IMG/VR virus record: IMGVR_UViG_3300016665_000082
Coordinates: 1-34,191 of that record
DNA: 34,191 bases
Strand: one strand, 5' to 3'
Source: a virus
Shown: piece after piece, positions 14,409 through 21,099 of the stretch
Layout: each line of letters begins with the position of its first letter
How positions within the stretch are numbered: position 1 is the first letter of the stretch
Program-made: the position numbers and the translations under genes
Notes under the pieces: model-generated
Told to the model about the DNA's origin: nothing
Database searches by the model: none
The model's input: the letters and a program-made list of their open reading frames with translations, nothing else

Positions 14409-14780
14409 ATGGGGACACTTGAAAAACAAAAGCACGGCGGCGCGCTATATCGTCCGGCAAAGGGGGAGACGCGGAACCCGAACGGGAGGCCGCGGAAATA
14501 TGTATCGACGCTGAAGGCGCAGGGGTATAAACATTCGGAGGTGATGGAGTGCATGCAGGTCATGCTATCCATGACGATGGAGGAACTAAAGGAGGTTTAC
14601 CAAAACGAGAAATCGACGGTACTGGAAAAGACCATCGCCGGATCGCTGGCGAAGGGGCTGGAGAAAAAGAGCATGTTCACGATCGAGACGCTACTATCCC
14701 GCATCTTTGGGAAACCACGCGAACAGACAGAGGTCACAGGATCTGTTGTCATGCACACGATCAAGCTGGGCAAAAAATAA
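14409..14780 (+). CDS. terminase small subunit-like DNA-binding protein
   Basis: 123 aa. Basic N-terminus GETRNPNGRPRKY and C-terminal IETLLSRIFGKP resemble TerS families from memory. It is separated from TerL by about 2 kb. Confidence 0.4.
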   Translation: MGTLEKQKHGGALYRPAKGETRNPNGRPRKYVSTLKAQGYKHSEVMECMQVMLSMTMEELKEVYQNEKSTVLEKTIAGSLAKGLEKKSMFTIETLLSRIFGKPREQTEVTGSVVMHTIKLGKK

Positions 14781-14781
14781 A

Positions 14782-14819
14782 TTTGCTAAATTTGTTGCAT
14801 TGTGATAAATTTACACAAC
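14782..14819 (+). promoter_or_regulatory. promoter/operator region of the XRE-methyltransferase operon
   Basis: TTTG at 14782-14785. -7 boxes TAAATTTG (14787-14794) and TAAATTTA (14806-14813). Imperfect palindrome ttgtg-a-taaattta-cacaa (14800-14818) spans the second box. Confidence 0.45.
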
Positions 14820-14833
14820 AAACAAATTACACA

Positions 14834-15115
14834 ATGTACAAGACACCTGAACGCCTCGCGTTCGACAAAGAACTGGGCGCCGCCTTAAAACGCGCCCGCA
14901 TCATGGCCGGGCTGACGCGCAACAACGTCGCCATCGATACAGATCTAAATCCATCATCCATCGACCGCATCGAGCGCGGCCAGTCATCCGCCAACACGTT
15001 CGACGTACTGCGGATCATGGCGTCCATCGGGGCGGATCCCGCGGCATTATTGCGAGATGCGCTCGAAGCCGGGGAGGCAAGATTTGCGGCTGGTAAAATA
15101 CGTGGGGCGAAATGA
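14834..15115 (+). CDS. XRE-family helix-turn-helix regulator (C-protein-like)
   Basis: Internal ATG (attacacaATG) of track ORF 14549..15115. LKRARIMAGLTRNNVAIDTDLNPSSIDRIERGQ is the Cro/CI-type HTH. ATGA overlap to the methyltransferase at 15112. Confidence 0.75.
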   Translation: MYKTPERLAFDKELGAALKRARIMAGLTRNNVAIDTDLNPSSIDRIERGQSSANTFDVLRIMASIGADPAALLRDALEAGEARFAAGKIRGAK

Positions 15116-15957
15116 TATACCGAGATCACTTCCAGAACTACAAAGGATACGCCATCCCGAAGGCCCAGCTGATCATTGCGGATATCCCGTATAACCTCGG
15201 CAATAACGCGTACGCATCGAATCCGGCATGGTATAAAGATGGCGACAATCAGAACGGGGAGAGCGAACTGGCTGGTAAGTCGTTTTTTGACACCGACGAG
15301 GATTTTCGCCCGGCGGAGTTCATGCACTTTTGCAGTACGATGTTGAAGTCCGAAAAAAAACAGATCAAGGGCGAAGGTGAAGGCAGGCAAAAAAGCTCAG
15401 CGCCGTGCATGATTGTTTTTTGTGCGTTCGATCAACAGATGTATCTTATCGAGCTGGCGAAGCGGTACGGATTGAATAACTATATCAATCTCGTTTTCCG
15501 GAAAAACTTTTCCGCCCAGGTCCTGAAAGCAAATATGAAGGTCGTCGGGAATTGCGAGTATGCGCTGATCCTGTACCGGGACCGCCTCCCGAAGTTTAAT
15601 AATGGCGGGAAGATGGTATTTAATTGCATGGACTGGCCTAGAGATAATGAACACGAAAAGATCCATCCTACTCAAAAACCCGTCGAGTTATTAAAGCGCC
15701 TGATCGAATTATTTACGGATCCCGGTGACGTGGTGATCGACCCGGTCGCCGGAAGCGGATCGACGCTGATCGCCGCCGAACGTACGGGGCGGAAGTCGTA
15801 CGGGTTCGAGATCAAAAAGGAATTTTGGATGAAGGCTAACGCATGGCTGGCGGAGGAAAAACAAACAAAGGAGGATATCAAAAACTTCGGATTCGCGAAA
15901 AGCAAGATCGAAAAGGATCAGCCGACATTGTGGACCGTTAAAACCGACGCACAATGA
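15112..15957 (+). CDS. beta-class N6A/N4C DNA methyltransferase (second copy, unrelated middle)
   Basis: Motif IV variant IADIPYN. Motif I is HPTQKPVELLKRL...VIDPVAGSGSTLIAA. Confidence 0.9.
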   Translation: MIYRDHFQNYKGYAIPKAQLIIADIPYNLGNNAYASNPAWYKDGDNQNGESELAGKSFFDTDEDFRPAEFMHFCSTMLKSEKKQIKGEGEGRQKSSAPCMIVFCAFDQQMYLIELAKRYGLNNYINLVFRKNFSAQVLKANMKVVGNCEYALILYRDRLPKFNNGGKMVFNCMDWPRDNEHEKIHPTQKPVELLKRLIELFTDPGDVVIDPVAGSGSTLIAAERTGRKSYGFEIKKEFWMKANAWLAEEKQTKEDIKNFGFAKSKIEKDQPTLWTVKTDAQ

Positions 15958-16304
15958 AAGGCGAATCAGACATCGTCTCCGGCCTCCAGGCCCTAAAGCG
16001 CGCCTACGATCATTGGAATAGTTTCGTCCGGGAGAAACCTGGATCCCTGGCGGAGCGCATGTTTACAATGTACCTACGGAAGATCAGCTGGATCGTGTAC
16101 GATTTGCTAACCTGCCCACATTTTCCGGACGCAGTGCGAAACGGCATCCGCAAGGAATGGACATCCGACGGGTTCGCCGTTCCCGCGATCGCGGATAAGG
16201 TCGCGCTACTGGCGCCGGATCAGCGGGACGCGGTGGAAAATGTGATCGACCTGTTATTGTCCGGGGAAAAACTGGAGATCGAAATAAAACCGCTACCGAA
16301 ATGA
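15954..16304 (+). CDS. hypothetical protein (116 aa)
   Basis: ATGA-coupled ORF. Confidence 0.6.
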   Translation: MKGESDIVSGLQALKRAYDHWNSFVREKPGSLAERMFTMYLRKISWIVYDLLTCPHFPDAVRNGIRKEWTSDGFAVPAIADKVALLAPDQRDAVENVIDLLLSGEKLEIEIKPLPK

Positions 16305-16513
16305 CGAACACCGAAAAGGTCGTAAAGGATAAGGCGGAGACGCTGTTCGGTATAATGCTAAACATGCAGGATTTCCCGGACCGTGATCAGGCAAAGAAGG
16401 CGGCGCTGGTGGTCTGTACGGAGGTAATAAAGGCGATCCATTGGCATCGCGAACAGACGCCGCCGAACTGGAACTATTGGCACGATGTAAAAAACGAAAT
16501 AGAGAAACTATGA
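16301..16513 (+). CDS. hypothetical protein (70 aa)
   Basis: ATGA-coupled ORF. Confidence 0.55.
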   Translation: MTNTEKVVKDKAETLFGIMLNMQDFPDRDQAKKAALVVCTEVIKAIHWHREQTPPNWNYWHDVKNEIEKL

Positions 16514-16719
16514 CACCTGAAGAAATGGCAAATCACCTCATCCATTGTTACATACCAGATGCGGCCGGAAACAATAGGCATGAGCGAACGGCCAGCGCTA
16601 AAAACATGGTAATAGTCACCGCGCAAAGCATACTAAAGCAAGTGCGAGGCGATCGAGATAGCCACCCAAAAGTTTTGCATTTTTGGCATGATGTTCTATT
16701 AATTGCTAAAGAACTATGA
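16510..16719 (+). CDS. hypothetical protein (69 aa)
   Basis: Internal ATG (ATGA overlap) of track ORF 16441..16719. Confidence 0.55.
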   Translation: MTPEEMANHLIHCYIPDAAGNNRHERTASAKNMVIVTAQSILKQVRGDRDSHPKVLHFWHDVLLIAKEL

Positions 16720-16913
16720 AACGCGCAATCCTGACAATCATTATCGCCATGTCTTTCACGGCATGCTTTGTCCTGCCGAAACCGATGCAGCGCGGCGTCC
16801 TTCGCCCGGTGAAGGCGTATCCGGTGGAACGCCAGAAGGGCAACCGGATCATGTCGATCGGCGTGGCCGCATTTTTTGCCGGGTTCATTTATCTGTATGG
16901 AATCAGAAAATAG
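16716..16913 (+). CDS. small lipoprotein with C-terminal TM segment
   Basis: 65 aa. MKRAILTIIIAMSFTAC is lipobox-like. C-terminal hydrophobic segment IMSIGVAAFFAGFIYLYGI. Confidence 0.5.
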   Translation: MKRAILTIIIAMSFTACFVLPKPMQRGVLRPVKAYPVERQKGNRIMSIGVAAFFAGFIYLYGIRK

Positions 16914-18078
16914 TATTATCATTCATATCGAGGATGAGCCACACCCGGCACAGCGGGCGGTACTTGAAAGCGCCGCCCGTTTCCGCGTGTTGATGTGTGG
17001 GCGCAGATTCGGGAAGTCATTTATCGCGCAGCTCGAAGCGCTGAACGCCATCGCCCGGGGCGAACAGGTCGGATACATCACGCCGACGTACCTTTTGGCG
17101 AAGTCGTTTTTTATGGACCTAACGAAGGCGCTCCCGCCATCGGTGAAGCGGAACGCGTCGGATCTCACGATCGAGATGAACGGCGGCCTGATGCGTTTTT
17201 TCACGGGTGAACGCCTCGATAACCTCCGGGGTATGAAGTTCCATCTGGTGATCGTCGATGAAACCGACTACATCCCTGGCATTGAGGATGGCTGGATCAA
17301 CTCCATCCGCCCGACGCTGACGGATTACAAGGGCCGCGCGCTGTTCCTATCCACGCCACGCGGGCGAAGGTTCATGTACCAATGCCATCTTCGCGGCCAA
17401 GGTCAGGAGGCCGAATGGCAGTCATTCAAGTTCACGACATACGATAACCCGCACATCGATCCGTCCGAGATCGACGCGGCGCGGTCAATCATGCCAGACG
17501 TGGCATTCCGACAGGAGTACCTTGCGGATCCCGCGGAGAACGCCGCAAATCCGTTCGGGGATGCCTACATCCGGCAATGCACATTCCCGCTGTCTGCAGG
17601 CCCGGCGGTGTGCTATGGGATAGACCTTGCAAAAGCGGTGGACTGGACCGTGATCGTCGGCATGGACGCGAGCGGATCCGTTTGCTATCTCGACCGGTTC
17701 CAGCGGGACTGGAGATCCACCCGGGAGGCGATCCGGTCATTACCGAGCGCGCCGATCGCGATCGATTCGACTGGTGTGGGCGATCCGATATTTGAGGATC
17801 TGGCCGCGGATGGATACGACGTGGAGGGGTACAAGTTTACCAGCCTGTCAAAACAGCAACTAATGGAGGGCCTGCGATCTGGTATCCATCAGCGGAAGAT
17901 CACCTTCCCGGATGGTATCATCACGCAGGAATTGAGCGTATTTGAATATCAATACACCAGCCACGGCGTCCGATATTCCGCTCCGTCCGGGTTTACGGAC
18001 GACGCCGTCATGGCGCTATCGCTGGCGTGGTATAAATGGGGCAAGGCATCCGCTCGGGGGCAATATTCGTTTGTGTGA
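16897..18078 (+). CDS. terL: terminase large subunit
   Basis: Walker A CGRRFGKS, Walker B HLVIVDETD, and C-terminal RNaseH-like nuclease acidic motifs (GIDLAKAVDWTVIV, IDSTGVGDPIFEDL). ATG 16897 was chosen within track ORF 16876..18078. Confidence 0.9.
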   Translation: MESENSIIIHIEDEPHPAQRAVLESAARFRVLMCGRRFGKSFIAQLEALNAIARGEQVGYITPTYLLAKSFFMDLTKALPPSVKRNASDLTIEMNGGLMRFFTGERLDNLRGMKFHLVIVDETDYIPGIEDGWINSIRPTLTDYKGRALFLSTPRGRRFMYQCHLRGQGQEAEWQSFKFTTYDNPHIDPSEIDAARSIMPDVAFRQEYLADPAENAANPFGDAYIRQCTFPLSAGPAVCYGIDLAKAVDWTVIVGMDASGSVCYLDRFQRDWRSTREAIRSLPSAPIAIDSTGVGDPIFEDLAADGYDVEGYKFTSLSKQQLMEGLRSGIHQRKITFPDGIITQELSVFEYQYTSHGVRYSAPSGFTDDAVMALSLAWYKWGKASARGQYSFV

Positions 18079-18092
18079 TGTAACTTTAGGAC

Positions 18093-18764
18093 ATGGACAA
18101 CATCATGAAGCCTAAAACATGGCATGATCTCACCGTCCGCCAATGGCAGGCGCTTACGGATCTGTTTATGGAGGAAGGGAACTCCCACATCGATAACATC
18201 GTCCGATCCGGGTGCATCGTTTACGACGTCACAGAACATGAACTGGATAGCCTGACGATGGCAGACCTAAACGACCTGGGGCATCGTCTGGCGTTCATTC
18301 ATACCGAAGTACCAGCGCGCCCGGTGGATCGCATCGACGTAAACGGTCGGAGGTATCGCTGCGTTTATGATGTTACGCGCATGCCAGCGGCCAGGTACAT
18401 TGAATCGAAGGTGTACGGTCAAGATCCGAACCAGCACTTACATCGAATCATGGCGTCGATGGTATGGCCGCAAAAACGCGCCTACCGTATCGGCCCGTGG
18501 ATGGATGACGATTACGACGCCTCCCGGCATTCGGAGTACGCGGAGGATATGCTGGACGCGCCAATTACCGCCGTACTCGGATCCGTCGTTTTTTTTTGCG
18601 ACGTATATCTCAATTTGATAAGCAGTTCACGAGTTTATTTCACGAAGATCATAATGCAGACGACGAGGAAACCGCGGATCGAGGCGGAGACAATAGTGAA
18701 CGATTTATGCGCCAATATGGCTGGCATTATCAGACCGAGTTGGTCGCAGCGTATGAACGGGTGA
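18093..18764 (+). CDS. hypothetical structural-region protein, zero-frame product; contains a T9 slippery run at 18589-18597
   Basis: 223-aa ORF. Downstream of the T-run the -1 frame looks more protein-like than the zero frame. Confidence 0.5.
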   Translation: MDNIMKPKTWHDLTVRQWQALTDLFMEEGNSHIDNIVRSGCIVYDVTEHELDSLTMADLNDLGHRLAFIHTEVPARPVDRIDVNGRRYRCVYDVTRMPAARYIESKVYGQDPNQHLHRIMASMVWPQKRAYRIGPWMDDDYDASRHSEYAEDMLDAPITAVLGSVVFFCDVYLNLISSSRVYFTKIIMQTTRKPRIEAETIVNDLCANMAGIIRPSWSQRMNG

Positions 18765-18889
18765 CGCTGGCGGAGGCGTGGGATCTGCCGACGGTGCAAT
18801 ATTTGAACGCGCTCGCCTATCTAAAGGCGAAACGCGAACACGAAGAACAACAGATGAAACGACTGCAACATGGCGCGATCGCTCGCTGA
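18596..18889 (+). CDS. -1 frame extension (no ATG), probably joined to 18093.. by frameshift or sequencing indel
   Basis: The frame opens exactly at the T-run. It encodes ...ERFMRQYGWHYQTELVAAYERVTLAEAWDLPTVQYLNALAYLKAKREHEE... The track M is a TTG. Confidence 0.45.
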   Translation: MRRISQFDKQFTSLFHEDHNADDEETADRGGDNSERFMRQYGWHYQTELVAAYERVTLAEAWDLPTVQYLNALAYLKAKREHEEQQMKRLQHGAIAR

Positions 18890-19550
18890 AGTACAGGCCG
18901 AACTATTGGCGGAAGGTACACTGGACCGCATCGGATCCGCCCGCGTGGCATCCGATCAGGTTCCCGTGCTGGAGGAGCTGGTCGCCATTGTGGCCGCTCA
19001 ATTCGTGCTGGCAGTCCGCGAGAATATAGACCGGATGGGAAAGACCGATCGCGGGGGGCTGATCGACGGGGTATCCGCCGGGGAAATCCGACGGGACGGG
19101 TCGAAGGTTACGGTAGAGCTGGGATACGATCCGAACGATCCCGCGGCGTTATACTGGGATTTCGTTAATAAGGGCGTCCGGGGCATTAAGTCCGGGGAGC
19201 CATCGACGTCGCCGTATCGGTTCCGTAAATTATCGGCGCCGCCCGTCATGGTGGACGCGCTGGATGGATGGGTCAAACGGAATAACATATCTGCCATAAA
19301 TGAAGATCAGCGCCGCAACCTATCCGCCCTCCAGGTCAAACGGGAAACGGTCAAAAGTTACGGAGACCCGACGCGGTCGCTCGCCTACGCCATCGCGCTG
19401 GGGATCAAGCGCCGCGGCCTACCTTATACCGGATTCTGGGACAAGGCCGTAAAGGAGTACCTGGGGAAACAATTCATCGACGCCGTCGCGAAGGCCGCCG
19501 GGGCGGATATCCGGGTCCAGATCCGGAAATTTAATCCGAGCGGAAAATAA
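18870..19550 (+). CDS. virion neck/tail-completion-like protein (HK97 gp10-like, tentative)
   Basis: 226 aa in the structural region. NIDRMGKTDRGGLIDGV...VELGYD...YWDFVNKG loosely resembles the gp10 family pattern. Confidence 0.35.
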   Translation: MARSLAEVQAELLAEGTLDRIGSARVASDQVPVLEELVAIVAAQFVLAVRENIDRMGKTDRGGLIDGVSAGEIRRDGSKVTVELGYDPNDPAALYWDFVNKGVRGIKSGEPSTSPYRFRKLSAPPVMVDALDGWVKRNNISAINEDQRRNLSALQVKRETVKSYGDPTRSLAYAIALGIKRRGLPYTGFWDKAVKEYLGKQFIDAVAKAAGADIRVQIRKFNPSGK

Positions 19551-19598
19551 TCTTAAAATTATTTTGTGTTATTGTTGTTTCGTATTGTTTGAATGATG

Positions 19599-19606
19599 TA
19601 TATTTG
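19599..19606 (+). promoter_or_regulatory. -7 promoter box TATATTTG (perfect TAnnTTTG)
   Basis: In a 76-nt AT-rich intergenic region, 20 nt before ATG 19627. Confidence 0.5.
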
Positions 19607-19626
19607 TATAACAAAACACAAACACA

Positions 19627-19875
19627 ATGCAAACAATGTACGCCTTCAGACTGCACGCAGAAGTAATCGACGCTAAAATGGCTGAGTATATTTATACTCC
19701 GATTACCGAAATTTTTGAAATTTCTCGTGAAGATTATTTGGCCGATCCGGCCTCCGACTTGTACGACGAAAACGGCAACGGACAGCCCTGCACATTGTGG
19801 GCCTATGATGATTACTATACCGCCGTACTGGCTAAACGTAAGGCCTACGAAAATATCGAACATGTAAACGCTTAA
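19627..19875 (+). CDS. hypothetical 82-aa protein in a self-contained transcription unit (moron-like)
   Basis: It has its own promoter box (19599) and a strong terminator (19897) inside the structural gene block. Confidence 0.6.
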   Translation: MQTMYAFRLHAEVIDAKMAEYIYTPITEIFEISREDYLADPASDLYDENGNGQPCTLWAYDDYYTAVLAKRKAYENIEHVNA

Positions 19876-19896
19876 TCTGTAAAACATAAAAAACGC

Positions 19897-19922
19897 AACC
19901 CGCCCACCGTGGCGGGTTTTTT
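19897..19922 (+). terminator. intrinsic terminator
   Basis: 8-bp stem aacccgcc / ggcgggtt, 6-nt loop, running into T6. Confidence 0.8.
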
Positions 19923-19943
19923 CATGCCAACCTCCGCCGACGC

Positions 19944-19952
19944 CGCTAATTA
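19944..19952 (+). promoter_or_regulatory. late-gene upstream box CGCTAATTA
   Basis: Ends 7 nt before ATG 19960 and directly follows the terminator. Confidence 0.35.
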
Positions 19953-19959
19953 GTGACGT

Positions 19960-21099
19960 ATGGCAATCACAATTCAACAAGCGCCGGAGGCACGCGCGTC
20001 GATGCACGACGACCTTTGGCATGTCGTCACAAGTACGAACACCGGGCAGGACGGGTTCAAATATGTTTTCGACGTTTACGTGGCCGCCGAGCTGGTGGCG
20101 CGTGTTAAACTATTTCCGGATCCCGTGGAGGACTGCGGGGCCTTAAACGCGGGCGCAATCGTCCGTTCTTTCTGGCAGTCATATTTCAAGCCATACACCA
20201 CCCAGACGGCGTTCAGTTTTGATACGAATGATATTTACGTCCCATATACGATCCAGTTCGGGGAGGAATACGGCGGGACGTTATACACGAACCTCACATC
20301 CGCAAATTATGAGGCGTTCAATTTTTACAATCCGATCTTCCGGGACTGGTCCGCGTCATACCTCGACACCTTCAACGGCAAATGGCTGACGTACCGAGAT
20401 CGCTCCACGCTGGAGGTAGGTTTCACGGAAAAGCTGTTCGTGCCGTGGTTCAATTACGGATTTCCGGATGTGGCCGTATCGCTGAAGGTCGCGACCGATG
20501 GCGGCGGCGTTACAACTGGATCGGGTATTCTTTGTGACGCGCTGATAAACTTCGATCTTTCCCCGGCGGCCATCAATGCGTATCTCGGCACTACAAAGGT
20601 GCCATCCACGGCGACGATGTACACCGTCCAGATCGGATCGGGCGACATCGTGACGATCAGGCTGGCATGCAATCGGTACGATACGGAGGTCCTGCATTTC
20701 CTTAATAGTTTGGGCGGATACGAAACCGCCGCCTTCCGCCTGGTGAACAGAGAAACCCGAACGGCGGAGCGTCAATCCTTCCAGCGCCCGGGATGGCAGA
20801 TCTCCGGGGACAGCATGACGCGGTACGATGCGAATAAGCGCCTCTATCCTGGCCGCGTCGATTACGCCGTCCGACAGGCCGTAACCATGTCACTGACGTC
20901 TGACTGGTTATCGGAAACCGATCACAACTGGATGCGGGATCTTATTATGTCGCCGGAGGTATATCTGGAGCGCGGCGGGTACTACTATCCCGTAACGATC
21001 GGAACGACGCAATGGAATGAAAAGATACGCCGGGCGGATAAGCTGTTCAACCTGACGCTGGACGTTAACGTGAAAAATACAATGTCACAACTTCGATGA
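19960..21099 (+). CDS. structural (tail/baseplate region) protein, function unknown
   Basis: 379 aa, ATGA-coupled to the 717-aa tail protein gene. Confidence 0.5.
   Translation: MAITIQQAPEARASMHDDLWHVVTSTNTGQDGFKYVFDVYVAAELVARVKLFPDPVEDCGALNAGAIVRSFWQSYFKPYTTQTAFSFDTNDIYVPYTIQFGEEYGGTLYTNLTSANYEAFNFYNPIFRDWSASYLDTFNGKWLTYRDRSTLEVGFTEKLFVPWFNYGFPDVAVSLKVATDGGGVTTGSGILCDALINFDLSPAAINAYLGTTKVPSTATMYTVQIGSGDIVTIRLACNRYDTEVLHFLNSLGGYETAAFRLVNRETRTAERQSFQRPGWQISGDSMTRYDANKRLYPGRVDYAVRQAVTMSLTSDWLSETDHNWMRDLIMSPEVYLERGGYYYPVTIGTTQWNEKIRRADKLFNLTLDVNVKNTMSQLR

Noticed and set aside
15353-15360. The A8 tract inside the second methyltransferase as a phase-variation switch (similar A/T runs occur at 7866-7873 and 33500-33507).
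   Set aside because: The tracts are short and in frame, and they encode plausible Lys-rich sequence. There is no evidence of length heterogeneity in a single sequence. Only the T9 run at 18589 coincides with a frame change.
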